A stretch of DNA of 64,000 nucleotides from Octopus vulgaris (lineage: Eukaryota), in NCBI GenBank assembly GCA_951406725.2, contig OX597822.1:54746001-54810000 (forward strand). Reading direction: 5' to 3'. This document shows positions 13,451 through 27,500 of the stretch, one piece after another. Below the pieces are notes generated by a model. The model did no database searches, was not told where the DNA came from, and was given only the letters and a program-made list of their open reading frames with translations. Made by a program: the position numbers and the translations under genes. Each line of letters begins with the position of its first letter. Position 1 is the first letter of the stretch.

Positions 13451-15096
13451 CACTCTTAATTGAGTTCTCTCTATAGTAAATAAAATTTACATTCTGGCAA
13501 CTGCAAGGAATCAACATTGTTGTTTTGGTTGGTCACAGACACACATGTTGTGTGATTGATGCAGTGGTAAGTTTATTGTCATAGTTACGAAGAAACTCTT
13601 AAGCTTATGGTGTGCATAATGGATTAACAGAGAATCTTGTCTCTCACAATATAGAAACATTTCTCATGCTGTGGAAGTAGGTTTTCAGTAATGAGGAGTA
13701 ATGTAGCCAGTTTTAGTTTACAGTAAAAACTGATTTGTTTCTCTTGAGTGTTCAGATTGAATTCTCATTATTATTTAATGTTGTTGTTGTTGTTTACATT
13801 GTTTTCATTGTTGTTGGTTAGTGCATACAACTTTAAAGCTAACACAGATGTATGTTTTTAATTGTTAGACTCCGTGGTCTGATTTCAGTTCCCATTTGAA
13901 ATGATTTCACTTATAGTATTAATGATCTTAAGAAATGCTTGACACAGTTTTCTGGTTCTCCTGTTAGCAGTAACTTCTTCTCTACATCACATCTAATTGA
14001 GATATCAATAATAGTTTCTGTCATTAGCACAAAGCTACTTTAGAACAGGACTGGCCATTGCTGTAGTGATTCTGGAAGGATGAAAGGCAACATTATCTCA
14101 GGTGGGATTTGAAGTCAGATCATAAAGGGATGTATCTGAATATTGCATGCACCTACCTAATCAAGTATTTTGTCTAGCAATTAGTTTGGTAATTACTTTG
14201 GTAATTTGTTTAGTAATTTATCTGGTAACCTATCAGGTAATTAGGCCAGTAATCTACCTGATAAGTTTTCTGGTAATCTATCTGGTATGGTTGTTAGTCC
14301 AGTATTTTGTTGGGTAATTACACTGGCAATTAGTTGGTAATGAAATTGGTCATCTATTTTGTAATTAGTGTAGTACTTAATCAGTTCAATATAATCCCCC
14401 AAGCCATAACAGATGAGTTTAAGTTTGATTGTTCATTAAGAACTCTTATATGCTGGTGACCTAGTTCTTATAGTTGAATCAGTCAAAGATCTAACAAAGA
14501 AATTCTGGACATGAAAGCAAATACTCTGAATCAACACTTCTCAAAGTGAGCTTGTCAAAGACTAAAGTATTTGTTTGTAGGAAAGAAGACAGAGTGTTAC
14601 TACCTTTAGGGAAATGGCCATTGTGCAGAAAAGAAGTTTCATATAGTGTATCCATGATAAACTATGGATGCACGATAGGTGTAGTAGAATCACAGACAGG
14701 CAAATGGAAAAGATAGACTTCAAATGCACAAGTAAAGGAAGCACAAGGAGCATACTTAAAATAGATACTCTCAAATGCCTGTTCCGGCATTTGAGAGAAT
14801 AGATTTCATGTGTCTTCATCTTTCTAACATTCACCCAATCTCCTTTTCACTGTGCCATACAGTCAATGTAACAAAGGAGTAGCATTGGAGCTCACCAATC
14901 TTATTGCTCTGCACACCTCTCTCTCTTCCATAATATACATGTATGTGTACATACGAAGTAAAGCAGGCCTAGCCGACAACTCAAGAAAATACATAGTAAA
15001 TGATCTTCAGGCGCTCAAGCAAACTGAGTCCTTGTTCCATTTGACAAAATGTTTGCAAGGCACCAGCAGGCCTCAAGAAACACATTTGTATCCATT

Positions 15097-15696
15097 TAGA
15101 ATCAACCTAGCCAAAACCAAAGTCCTAATAAGTAGGAAGGTAGACCAATCACAAACGCCTTCAGGTAGATGGCCCTGCTCGATCTGTAAAAAAGGTGTAG
15201 GTAGAAACTCTATAAGGTGCACCAAGTGTAAGCTATGGACACATAAGAGGTGCAGCAATGTCAAAGGAAGGCTAACTAGGAAAATAGTTTTTGTATGTGG
15301 CAGATGCTCAGGAGCAATAAACACTGAAAATGTGCAGAGACCAACTTCTACCACGTTCCAGGGAGAAAAACTAGAAGTAGTTGATAGCTACCGCTACCTA
15401 GGTGACCAAGTCAGTAGCGGGGGTGTGTGTGCTGAAAGTGTAACTGCTAGAGTAAGAATAGCCTGGGCAAAGTTTAGAGAGCTCTTACCCCTGCTGGTGA
15501 TAAAAGGCCTCTCGTTCAGAGTAAAATGCAGACTGTATGATGCATGTGTATGTACAGCCATGCTACATGGTAGTGAAACATGGGCTGTGACTGCTGAGGA
15601 TATGCGTAAGCTCGCAAGAAATGAAGCCAGTATGCTCCGATGGATGTGTTATGTCAGTGTTCATAATCGACAGAGTGTAAGTACCTTGAGAGAAAA
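15097..15696 (+). mobile_element. RTE LINE fragment with open frame and Cys/His finger
   Basis: RINLAKTKVL..WPCSIC..CTKC.LWTHKRC..FVCGRC..YRYLGD..RIAWAKFREL..MLHGSETW; homologous to 25399-26193. Confidence 0.9.
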
Positions 15697-17466
15697 GTAT
15701 GTGTATAATATGTGTGTGTATTCTTAAAATCATAGTCTCTATTTCTGGGATGATTACAGTGCTGCCCATAGTGTCCGAGGACATCGGGTAGATCATGTTC
15801 ATGCAAGTAGCGATGCATTAAAATATTTATAAATTCCATCCAAAGATTATTATTATTATTATTATTACTGTATATATCCTACATTATATTGGCACAGCTC
15901 GGGACAACTCAAAAAAACTGGCATTGCCAGTTGGCATCATTAGGCTGTAGCTGGTATAATGGAATAAGAGCTTTTATATGCATATTTAAAACATTTCCCA
16001 TCAATGAACATAAAGGATATATATCTATAATAATAAATGCCAAAACAAATTTGTGTGTGTCAGTGTGTCACACTTTGACCTCCTCCTTTGCTATTCAGTG
16101 ACACTTCTACTCCTCTTGCTGGGATGAGAGTAATAGTAGGCATAGAGATGGTGAGGGTGGTAGTAGATTGACAGTTGAGATGTTAATAGGGTGATAGTAA
16201 TAGTATGAGCTGTAGTTGTGGTAGAGGCAGAGGTGGCAGTGATGTTGGTGGTGGTGGTGATGGTAGCTGAGGTGGTCAAGCATGATGGTGATAGTAAGGG
16301 ATGTGAAAGACAGTAGTGATGGTGGTGGAGGGGAAGGCAACGATGTCAAAGGTGTTGATGGTGGTGACGTCAGAAGTTTGAATGGTGTGTGCATGGCAGT
16401 TGTGGTGGCGATAGTGGTGGTACTGGTGATGGTGATGGTTGAAAACAATCAGCAGAAAAAGAGAGAGAGAGAAAGAAAGAGATTAGATAAAAAAAATTGT
16501 ACTGACCCCTGAATGCGAAGACAAAAAATGTTTATCAAGCAGCTGTGCAGTAAGTTTCAAGTCGATATATTAAATCATTGTTTTGAAGAAAATTGTTCAT
16601 TGCTTGAAGAATATTGGTCAAGTTTAATAAAATTTGATATGTACTTAATGCATGAAGTGTCATTATTGGTTTCAAGGCCCATTGAAGAGCCCTCCACAGG
16701 AGCTAGCCTAAAAGCCACCCTATCAGGCAGCTTTTAAGCTAGTATATATATATATTAGTCAAACAATGAACCCCCAGTACTTATTTACTAAAGTCTGGAA
16801 CTGATACTTATTTTCTTTTGCTGAGCTACTAAGTGACAGGGATGTAAGCTGGTTGTCAAGTGGTATGGAGCGGGGGATGCAATCTCACACACACACGTTA
16901 GGCTTCTTTCAGTTTCAGTCTACCAAATCCACTCACAAAATTTTGGTCAACCTGAGGCTGTAGTAGAAGACACTTGTCCAAGTTGCCAATGTGCTTCATG
17001 TCTTGTCTTGTTTTGGCATTTTGTACTAATTGTAAATAAATATCACTGGCATAAAATGGTGTTGTTTGCCTGCAGCCTTCCATGAGATATTGTACTGTTT
17101 TCATTTCAAGAACCAAAGGAAATATAATCTTGCTCTGGAAACAGGTGAAGGTTGGCAACTGGGAGAGCAGCTGACTGTAGAAGAATTTACTTCAACAAAT
17201 TTCATCTAACCCTGTGATCCATATCCATGCAAGGTTGGAAAAGTGGGCATTTAAATGAAGATGGTGTCACACACAAATATATATGTACATACATGTACAC
17301 ACATAGATATACCTAAAGGTACATACCAATATATACATATATATGCGCACATATATGTATACATATATATACATATACACAAAATTTTAATGTGTATGTA
17401 TATATATGAGCATGTATGTGTACAATATGTGTGTATTTTTAATGCATATGTATGTGTGTATGGCTT

Positions 17467-17511
<45 letters not shown>

Positions 17512-18716
17512 ATAGAGAGAAAGAGACATATAGCTGTAATGTGCTTAAGCAATATTAAAAATAATCTTCATGCCAGGGTCTTAAGTAAGACCAGATTTCT
17601 CCAACATAGAATCTGTATGGTGTATTTGTTTTCTGCTTTTTTAGTAACACTGACCCAATTCACTAATCTTTCGGTGATAGTTAAGTATGTTATTTCAGAG
17701 TTATTTATTACTAGACCTTTAGGCAGATGAATTGTTACAGACAGTTTCTAGTCAGTCAAGTGATGGGGGTGGCAGCTGTGGTGAGAACTTAAAGGAGCTC
17801 AACAACAATGAAATATCATCATCATCAGCAGCAGCAGCATCAATATTACCAAACACTAACACCACCGCCAACAACACCACCACTACCACCATCATCTTCG
17901 GCTCAACCCTACTACCATGATGATGATCATCAGCACCACCACCACCACCATCATTATGATCAAGTAATAAAAGTTGCCTTCCTTATGTAAATCATCACAT
18001 CAACTCAACATCTGGATAAAGCATCACCTACACTCTTACTCTCACTAGCTGTGAGTTGCACTCAGTATTTATAATCTTGCTTCTCTTTTCTCTTGAATCA
18101 TTAGATTACTGCCCTCTCTGCTACTTCATTTGAGAGTGGAAATGGGAGAGTAGTTGTCCACACATGAGGTTTCATTTTAATAAGTAAGTCTTGTACTACT
18201 TTATCTCAGTATCTTGGGGGAGAGAGCAAGGTAAACAAATCCTGACTAAGGTGTTAAATAACAATGAAATTTGTCACTTCAATTTGCACATCAAACCACA
18301 AAACTTACCCTTATGGGACTTAAATCTTTCTCAGTAAGACTAAATGCATTTAGATGTGAGGTTATAATATTTATTGATACATAATCCACACCATATAGGT
18401 ACTCAACACTCTGGTTGTCAACATACTGTGTATCAAGTTTTTTTCATAAACCTGTAGTTGGTACTCATTCTGTCCAATTTTTTTCTACTACTGTTTCAGA
18501 CATAGTATTGTATCTGTCAGTAAGATTTGAACTGATCACTTTTGGAATATAGTGGCTAACACTTTTGTTTTTGCTGTTGTTGCTGTTTTGATGCTGGTCT
18601 AAGTTGTCTTTTGATGTATTTGTAACAACTATTGTAGTTTAGTTTAGTCAAATATTCACTTGAATTATTTCTAACAACTTGAACAGCTAATAGAAGGAAA
18701 AAGAAAGTTTAGATTG

Positions 18717-18750
<34 letters not shown>

Positions 18751-18940
18751 TTTTGCTTTTTGAGTTAACTTTTTGGAAAAATATAATTTGGAGATTTTCA
18801 TTAATTGTTCATTTCCTTTACTGTTGAGGTCAACTTGGTCCTTCATTCTTTTGGAGTCAACAAAATAAGTACCAGTTGAGTACTGTGATCAATGTAATTG
18901 ACTAACATCTCCCCACAAAATTTTAAGCCTTGTGCCTATA

Positions 18941-18985
<45 letters not shown>

Positions 18986-19385
18986 GTTATTATTTCTCTC
19001 TATCACAGGTTTTGTTGGAGCTCCTAGAGTCTTGCATGCATAGTGGGCTTGCTACTTACAGCCTACAGTACCATGCTATCCATTCTTTTCAGCTATCTAA
19101 TACTTTCCTGATTATTCTTGCTGTGCCAAAGCAGCAAACCTTTTGTAACAGTTCTACTGGGCACTCTATTCCTATTCCCTTTATATTCCTTTATATTCTT
19201 CGGATACTGTTCCCAAGGACCTAACAATAATTGGCACTATCTTCACCTTCATTTTCCATAGCCAGGCTATTTCGTACTTAAGAGGGTTTTTACCTTCATT
19301 GTTTTGCTAGTCTCCAGCTCCACCACTTACTGTGGTTTGTACGCATACCACATCTTGCCTCTCCCTAGCCCCCACTTTTTGCATT
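18941..19385 (-). mobile_element. R4/Dong-like (RLE) LINE 3' fragment with (TAA)n tail
   Basis: Reverse translation gives KYEIAWLWKMKVKIVPIIVRSLGTV and a frameshifted LLQK...GTARIIRKVL. It ends in a (TAA)n microsatellite. Confidence 0.7.
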
Positions 19386-19979
19386 ATTGTTATTATTATT
19401 GAGCTAGCAGAAACGTTAACATGCCGGATGAAATGCATAGCAGTATTTCGTTTGTCTTTACGTTCTGAGTTCAAATTCCACCGAGGTCGACTTTGCCTTT
19501 CATCCTCTCAGGGTCAATAAATTAAATATCAGTTGCATACTGGGGGCAATCTAATCGACTGGCCCCTTCCCCCAAAAATTTCAGGCCTTGTGTCTAGAGT
19601 AGAAAAGATTATTATTATTGTTTTATGGAATATTGCTGAGGACAGTGGCATCATTCCATATAATAATTATAATAATAATAATAATAATAAAGAAAATTGT
19701 GGCAGATGCAGTAGTTTTATTAGTACCAGTATTTTACTGGTTTCAACATAATTGATTATATCCTACCCTTTTCTCAAAAATATGAGACACAGTACACTAC
19801 CGCCTATTCAATAGCCAATGCCTAGCCCCAAATTCTTGGTAATTGAGTGCTCTCTATACTTGGCTCTCAAAATTTAGAATAAATTTGGTTACATGAACCA
19901 TCTTGCATGAAGCAGTACTGGCTTTGAGGGGTTGGCTATACAAAACCCCTCTTGTCACCCTTGTCATCAAAAAATACAC

Positions 19980-20380
19980 ATAGGTGCAGGAGTGGCTGTG
20001 TGATAAGTAGATTGCTTACCAACCACATGGTTCCAGGTTCAGTCCCACTGTGTGGCATCTTGGGCATGTGTTTTCTACTATAGCCTTGGGTTGACCAAAG
20101 TCTTGTGAGTGGATTTGGTAGACAGAAACTGAAAGAAGCTCGTCGTATATATGTATGTGTGTGTATATGTTTGTGTGTCTGTGTTTGTCCCCCCAACATC
20201 ACTTAACAACTGATGCTGGTGTGTTTACATCCCCGTAACTTAGCAGTTCAGCAAAAGACACCAATAGAATAAGTACTAGGCTTACAAAGAATAAGTCCTG
20301 GGGTCGATTTGATTGACTAAAGGTGGTGTTCTAGCATGGCCGCAGTCAAATGACTGAAACAAGCAAAAGAGAGTAAAGAG
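19980..20380 (+). mobile_element. CORE-like tRNA SINE, full length (further copies or parts near 742, 2287, 7435, 37000-37404 minus, 41684-42085, 63670-64000)
   Basis: Box A tggctgtgtg, box B ggttcagtccc, cttgggca.gtg core, internal (TA/TG)n, tail gactgaaacaag.aaaagagagt. Confidence 0.85.
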
Positions 20381-21184
20381 AGTATAGTCGGTGATTGGAA
20401 CATTGGAAACCTGTAACCAGTGAAACTTTGTTCATAAATGCATGACATAAATAAAAAATACTATTCTTGTGAGATTAACTTTCACTTTCCTACCTCCAAT
20501 GCTGATAAAATGATAAACAGTCAAGTACTGAGGCTGATTTGACTCTCTCTCTCTCTCTCCCTCCCTCCCTCCCCTCCTCCTCAAAATGTGTAGCCTTGTG
20601 CCTTTATTAAAAATCAATATTATTATATTACTGCTAGTGAAGGTGACAAATAGGCAGAATTGTTAGCACATTGGACAAAATGCTTACTTCGCTGGCTTTA
20701 TCTTCAAAGGGTTCAAGTGCCACCAAGGATGACTTTGTCTTTCATCCTTTTAGCATCAATAAGTACTGGTTGAACACTGGGGTCAATTTAATCTACTTAA
20801 CCCCTTCCCTAAAATTCTTGGCCATGTACCAAAATTTGAAACCAATATATTATTGCTAATGAGAATACTTTACAAAAGGTATTTGATGAACATCACAGAG
20901 TTCCTCTACCTGCAGTAAATCTTAAACTTCTGTGTATACAGGGATTAGAGGATCAAATACTGCCTCCGACCACAATATAATGTTGATGATCAAGACCATT
21001 AGCTCTTAGTAACTGAGTCAATTGTGATATAAATAGGTACTACTGATAATATAATTCAGCATGGTAACTAGTAGCAATGTTGTGCAGTAAAGGAGATCGT
21101 AGATTATGAAGATAAGTTTAATACTTCTCTTGGGGAAAGAAAAAAAATGTAAATATGATAGACCAAATGGTTCTATCCAAGTTA

Positions 21185-21414
21185 GAAGGCAGCGAGCTGG
21201 CAGAAACGTTAGCACGCTGGGCGAAATGCGTAGCCGTATTTCGTCTGCCGTTATGTTCTGAGTTCAAATTCCACCGAGTTCAACTTTGCCTTTCATCCTT
21301 TCGGGGTCGATAAATTAAGTACCAGTTACGCATTGGGGTCGATGTAATCGACTTAATCCGTTTATCCTTGTTTGTCCTCTCTGTGTTTAGCCCCTTGTGG
21401 GTAGTAAAGAAATA
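21185..21414 (+). mobile_element. Young Meta-like SINE with 16-bp TSD
   Basis: ggttctatccaagtta is duplicated at 21169-21184 and 21415-21430; CpGs are intact. Confidence 0.9.
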
Positions 21415-22245
21415 GGTTCTATCCAAGTTATGGAAAGATTTATCTCTCAGCAACTTTGCAGTACAGTCATGATCACTCAACTTGCTAGTAACATTAACCA
21501 AATCTCCCTCAAATATCATTCCAATATCTGAAAATGGGAAGTACATACAAGGTAATGTAGTCTTAGAATAAAAATTGGATGGCCATAGTTGGTATACTTT
21601 TGATCATAGATTGGCTCAATCAGGACTGACTTGGTGCTAAACAATGATGCCAACAATCTCCTGAAGGTAAGCACTGATCCCTCTATGTCCTTGAGATTAG
21701 GAAGAGATTAGCTTATTAGCTGTTTAAAGAATTATTTAAACAGAAATATAGAAATAAATGGTTTACTGAAATACCTTTAGCCTGAAGCACAAAATTATGG
21801 AGTAGAACATGGTAAGAGAACAAGAGAGGAGAAAATAGAAGAGGAAAGTTCTTTAGTGAAAATAAAGAGAGAGGAATTGAAATGGTGAGACATAAGCCAA
21901 AAAGACAGGCAAGAAATCGATTAGTTGAAAGTTAAAGGAGGAGGATAGCAGAGAGGGAGAGAGAGAGAGAGTCAGTAGGGTAGTGAGAGTAACAAATAGA
22001 TACATGACGAAAAGGGAAGTCTGAGAGAAACAAAAAAACAGGAAGAGAGAATGTCAGGTGGAATTAATAAAAAATGGAAGTTTAGAAAGTAAAAGCCGTG
22101 GGGGAGGCAGTGAAAGAGAGAGAGAGAAGGAAAGAAATGAGGTACTAGAGGGAAAAGATTGAGCGTGATTAACTAAAAGATACTTTGAGAATGGATTATA
22201 AGGAATTAAATACAGAATTTGTTGTTGTTGTGATTGTGCTGTTTC

Positions 22246-22289
<44 letters not shown>

Positions 22290-23252
22290 ACTAACCAGTT
22301 CATCCTTGATCTAGCTGATCTATGATCAAAAGTATTCTTCCCATGACCATCTCATCTGTTTTTTGAGATATAGTGTATTTTGGACTTCATTATAATGTTC
22401 CTTTTGTTTTTTCAAAGAGTATCATATGAGGGACACTTGGTAGTTATTTCTAGCAGATCAAGCAATGATGTAGAGCTTTTCTTCCCTCTACCCTCTGTCT
22501 GTTTCTTTCAGATAAATCCATTGATAGCTAACACATCAAACCTCGAATTGTTGGTGAACGAGAATGTAAACCCTTTCTATTATAGGCAGAAAGCCTGAAA
22601 CTTTGTGGGGAGGGTGACAGTCAATTACATCAACCCCAGTGCTCAAGAGGTACTTAATTTATTGACCCCAAAACGGTGAAAGGCAAAGTTGACCTCAGCA
22701 GAATTTGAACTCAGATTGTAAAAAGTACCCAGTGTGACTTGAACCTGTGCTTCTTTGATGATAATTGTTGCTATAACCATTGTACTGTATTTCATTTTTT
22801 GTATTTGGTTTGTAAGATTCTTTATGTGAATTTGTGCGTTGAAACAAATTTTGTTGTCTAGGGAGGGTCATTATGCCAATATTATTAGCACATACACTGG
22901 TTCAATTCCACTCCTTTATTATTAGTCAACTGGTGGAATATCCAATAATTAAGTCATTGAAAAGGTTGCTAGTAGCAATGAAAGAGCTTTGACAAACAAA
23001 AACAAAACAAATGACTTACTGTTTAAGCAAATTAAACAAACAGTTGATTAGTTATTTTGTTGTGTCTGGGGAAAGTCATTCTGTTTTAATACCTTATTAA
23101 TTAACACACTCACTGGTTCGATTTCCACTCAATTTTTTTTTTCTAAAAGTAAATAAGTAAACAAGTGGCTGTCAACAACTATTGAAGAGGTTGCAAGAAG
23201 CAATGAAAAATTTTAGAAAATATAAATAAGTAAATGAGTGGAAATTGAACTG

Positions 23253-23710
23253 ATCATCATCATCATCATCGTTTAATCTCCGTTTTCCATGATAGCATGG
23301 GTTGGACGGTTTTGACTGAGGGCTGGCAACCAGACTCCATTCTTGATCTGGCAGAGTTTCTACAGCTGGATGCCCTTCCTAATGCCAACCACTCCGAGAG
23401 TGTAGTGGGTGCTTTTTATGTGCCACCTGCACGGGGGCCAGTCAGGTGGTACTGGCAATGACCTCGCTCGAATCTTTTACACATGCCACCGACACAGGTG
23501 CCAGTGAAGCGACGTTGGTAACGATCACGATCGAATGGTGCCCTTTTTACGTGCCATGGGTATGGAAGCCAGTTGGCTGCTCTGGCAACGATCACAACAA
23601 TCACGCTCGGATGGTGTTCTTGGCTCCCTACTAGCACAGGCATAAGTGCCAGTAAGGCGACGCTGGTAACGATCATACTCAAATAGCCTCTCTGTCAATG
23701 ATCACACTTG
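23253..23710 (-). mobile_element. RTE 3'-end element with (CAT)n tail and internal tandem subrepeats
   Basis: ctggatgcccttcctaatgccaaccactcc shared with the RTE 3' UTR; repeated gcgacg.tggtaacgatca. Confidence 0.8.
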
Positions 23711-24562
23711 TATGGTGATGAGTGTGTTAATTAATAAGGCATTAATACAGAATGACTCTCCCCAGACACAACAAAATATGCTTCAACGCACAAATTCACC
23801 TACAGAATCTTGCAAACATAATACAAAAACGAAGTAAATCAATTAATTAGCTTGATATTTAACCAGTTGATTAATAATAAAGGAATGGAACTGAACCAGT
23901 GCATGTGTTAATAGTATTGGTATAATGACTCTCCCTTGGCACTGTACTGTATGTTTTCAAAATAAACCTTCCTGTTATTTTGATGTCTTTCAACTTGAGC
24001 TCTTCGCAATGACTTTTGCGTAATCGATGAAAAGAAATTTTTTAATTCCTTCAGTGTAATGATATTTTAAAATTATAATGACATTTTAAAATTTTAATGA
24101 AGTGGAAGCTACTTTCTCCAGTACTATACAAAAAAAAGCCTTTGCACGAATACCATCTAACTTGAAAGTATTTGTGGCAATCTCTAGCTTTCTGTCTTTG
24201 ATAGAGCAGTAAAGAGTAGAACTGGTACAGTGCTGGACTAAATTTAATTATATCCTTTTACCTTCTGAGTTGAAATACTACCACATGATTTTTTTTTTTT
24301 TTTTCAAGTACAATTAATGTAATATAGATTACCCCTCTGGACCACATACCTGTGAACAATTTGTGAACTTGTTGAGAAGTGTGTATGAAGTGTTAACAAC
24401 ATACTTGCTCTTGTCGGCAATGAGAAAAAAAACATGGACATTCATTTACAACTATCATGTGATGTCAAGACAAGGAAGCATACACACACACTCACACACA
24501 CACTCACACACACATAACATGTGCACACTTGCGTACACACACACACACACAAATACATATCC

Positions 24563-27500
24563 CCATCATCATCATTGTTTAACATCTGTTTTCCATGCTA
24601 GCATGGGTTGGACGGTTCAACTGGGGTCTGGGAAGCCAGGAGATTGCACCAGGCTCTAGTCTGATCTGGCAGTGTTTCTACAGCTGGATGCCCTTCCTAA
24701 TGCCAACCACTCCGAGAGTGTAGTGGGTGCTTTTTACATGCCACCAGCACAAGGGCCAGAGGAGGCTGGCAGCGCCCACGATCGATTGGTGCTTTTTACG
24801 TGCCACCGGCTCAGAAGCCAGTCAAGGTGGCGCTGGCATCAGCCATGTTTGGATGGTGCTTTTTACGTGCTGCCAGCACAGGTATCACAACTACAATTTC
24901 CATTTGATATTTATTTTGATGTTGATGTACTTGACTCAATAGGTCTCCTCAAGCACAGCAGGTCACCCTATGAGCCAAGGTAAGCACAGCTGGTCGTTCT
25001 GCAATCCAAGGTGCTTTGGATGGGCTGGGGCTATGCAAAACTGGTACTTTTTAGGTGCCACTGGCATGGGTATCACAACTATAATTTCCATTTGATTTTC
25101 ATTTTGATGTTGATGTACTTGACTGAATAGGTCTCATCAAGCACAGCAGATTGCCCACGATCCAAGGTCCTTTTGAATGGGCTGGGGCTGGTTATGTGAA
25201 ACTGGCGTAGGATACAGCTGCAAACTCACTTTATTTGCCGGGTCTTCTCAGTCATAGCATATCTCCAGAGGTCTCGGTCTTTCGTCATTGCCTCTGTGAG
25301 GCCCAACATTTGAAGGTCATGCTTCACCATCTCATCCCATGTCTTCCTGGGTCTACCTCTACCCCGGATTCCTTTAAATGTTTTGGGGTGGCACTTCTTC
25401 ACACAACTTTCCTCATCCATCCATAGTACATGACCATACCAGTGCAAACGATCTCTTGCATGCCACATCCGATGCTTCTTATGTCCAACATTTCTCTCAG
25501 GGTGCTTACACTCTGTTGTGTGTGCACACTGACATTACACATCCAGCAGATCATGCTAGCTTCATTTTTTTCGAGCCTACGCATGTCCTCCACAGTCACG
25601 GCCCATGTTTCACTGCCGTGAAGCATGGCAGTTTGCACACATGCATCGTACAATCTACTTTTCACTCTGTGTGAGAGGCCCTTTGTCATCAGCAGGGGTA
25701 GAAGCTTTCTAAACTTTGCCCAGGCCATTCTTATTCTAGTGGTAACACTATCAGAGTATCCACCCCAAATACTAATTTGGTCACCTAGGTAGCAGAAGCT
25801 ATCAACCACTTCTAGTTTCTCTTCCTGGAGTGTGATAGAATCTGTTTTCTGAGCATCTATGGTGTTTATTGCCCCTGTGCATCAGCTGCACATGAAAGCT
25901 ATCTTCCCAGTAAATCTTCCTTTGATGTTGCTGCACTTCTTATGTGTCCATAGCTTACACTGGGTACTTCTTATGGAGTTTCTACCTACACCTTTTCTAC
26001 AGATCGAGCAGGGCCACCTACCTGAGGAGGTGTGTGATGAGTTCGCCTTCCTACTTACTAGAACTTTGGTCTTTGCTACATTGACTCTAAGGCCTTTTGA
26101 TTCTAAACCTTGCTTCCACACCCAAAATTTCTTCTCTAGTTCTGGTAGTGATTCTGGTATAAGGGCCAGGTCATCAGCATAGAGGAGCTCCAAGGGGCAA
26201 CCCGTCTTGAATTCCTCTGTTATTACCTGGAGGACTATGATGAATAAAAGGGGACTGAGGGCTGATCCTTGGTGGACCCCTACTTCTACTTGGAATTCCT
26301 CACTATCCTCATTGCTGATCCTAACCTTACTAATGGCCTGTCTATATAGGGCCTGTACAGCCTTTATTAACTATTCGTCTATCCCCAGTTTCCGCATCAC
26401 CCACCAGATAAGGGACTGAGGGACCCTGTCAAAAGCTTTCTCCAAAGGGGCTTAACTTTAGCAAGGTATTTCTCCTGCAGTTGTTAAACCAGGAATATAG
26501 CATCAGTGGTGCTTCTACCTGGCACAAAATCAAACTTCATCTCATCTAAGCAGATTCTCTCCCTAATGAGATGGGCTATGACCCTCTCCATGACCTTCAT
26601 CACCTGATCCAGCTGTTTGATACCCCTGTAGTTATTTCTATCTAAAGAACATCACCTTTACCCTTGTAGCAGTTGACTATGGTGCTGCTACTCCAGTCAT
26701 TGGGTTTCCTTTATGAACTACCTGGTTTACAATGTGGGTGACTAGGCCATAGCCCACACCACCAGATATTTTAAGCATCTCAGCAGTGATTCCTGATGGG
26801 CCGAGGGTTTTTCCTGGCTTCATATCCTTAATTGCTTTATGTACCAGGGAGCTGTCTATTCGGATAGCTGGACCCTCTACCGGGTCAACATCTAGCTGGC
26901 TCTCCTCCTCCCATTCATTCTCCACGTTCAGCAGTGTTTCATAATGGCTTCTCCAAGCCTCTTTCTTTTCAGAATCATTAAAAGCAAGTGTATCATCATC
27001 CATGCAGACACATTTCTCTCCTGTGATATCATAATTTTCTCTCACACACTGTCTTGCAATCTGAAATACTTCAGTTGTTTGGTCCTCACGTCGCTGGACA
27101 TTGGCAAACTTCTTTCCTGCTTCGCCCTTGGTTATATATACCTGCTGCTCAGCCTCTCTTTTGGCTACCTAGTACAGTTCCCTTGCTACCCCACCATTCC
27201 AGGCTTTCCAAGCCTGTTTCTTTGCTCTAATGGCTTTGCCTACACCCCCCACTCCATCCATGTTACCTTACCAGAAGATATTATACCTATGTGCTTTGCC
27301 TGTGAGGATCCTAGCTGAAGCTCCTCTTCATCTTACCTTTTGTATGCAGCATACATCGACACATCTCCTTTCAAGCATCTCTGCAATCTGACTAGACCTA
27401 CCTTTCAGTGTGCCTACATTGACTGTGCCAACTCTGAAAACTGGGGAAGGAATGTGGGCTGAGGCTTGGGGAGGAGAGATATTATTCAGTGCCTGAAAAG
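24563..27500 (-). mobile_element. RTE-clade LINE, near full span, internally deleted and frameshifted
   Basis: APE endonuclease start (RVGTVNVGTLKGRS..VDVCCIQ) near 27430; RT motifs GVHQGSALSPLLF and ELLYADDLAL; C-terminal RGRGRPRKTW; 3' UTR ends in (GAT)n. Confidence 0.92.

Noticed and set aside
14852-15727. 291-aa ORF as a host gene
   Set aside because: Its core is an RTE RT fragment and its N-terminus is read-through of flanking repeat sequence.
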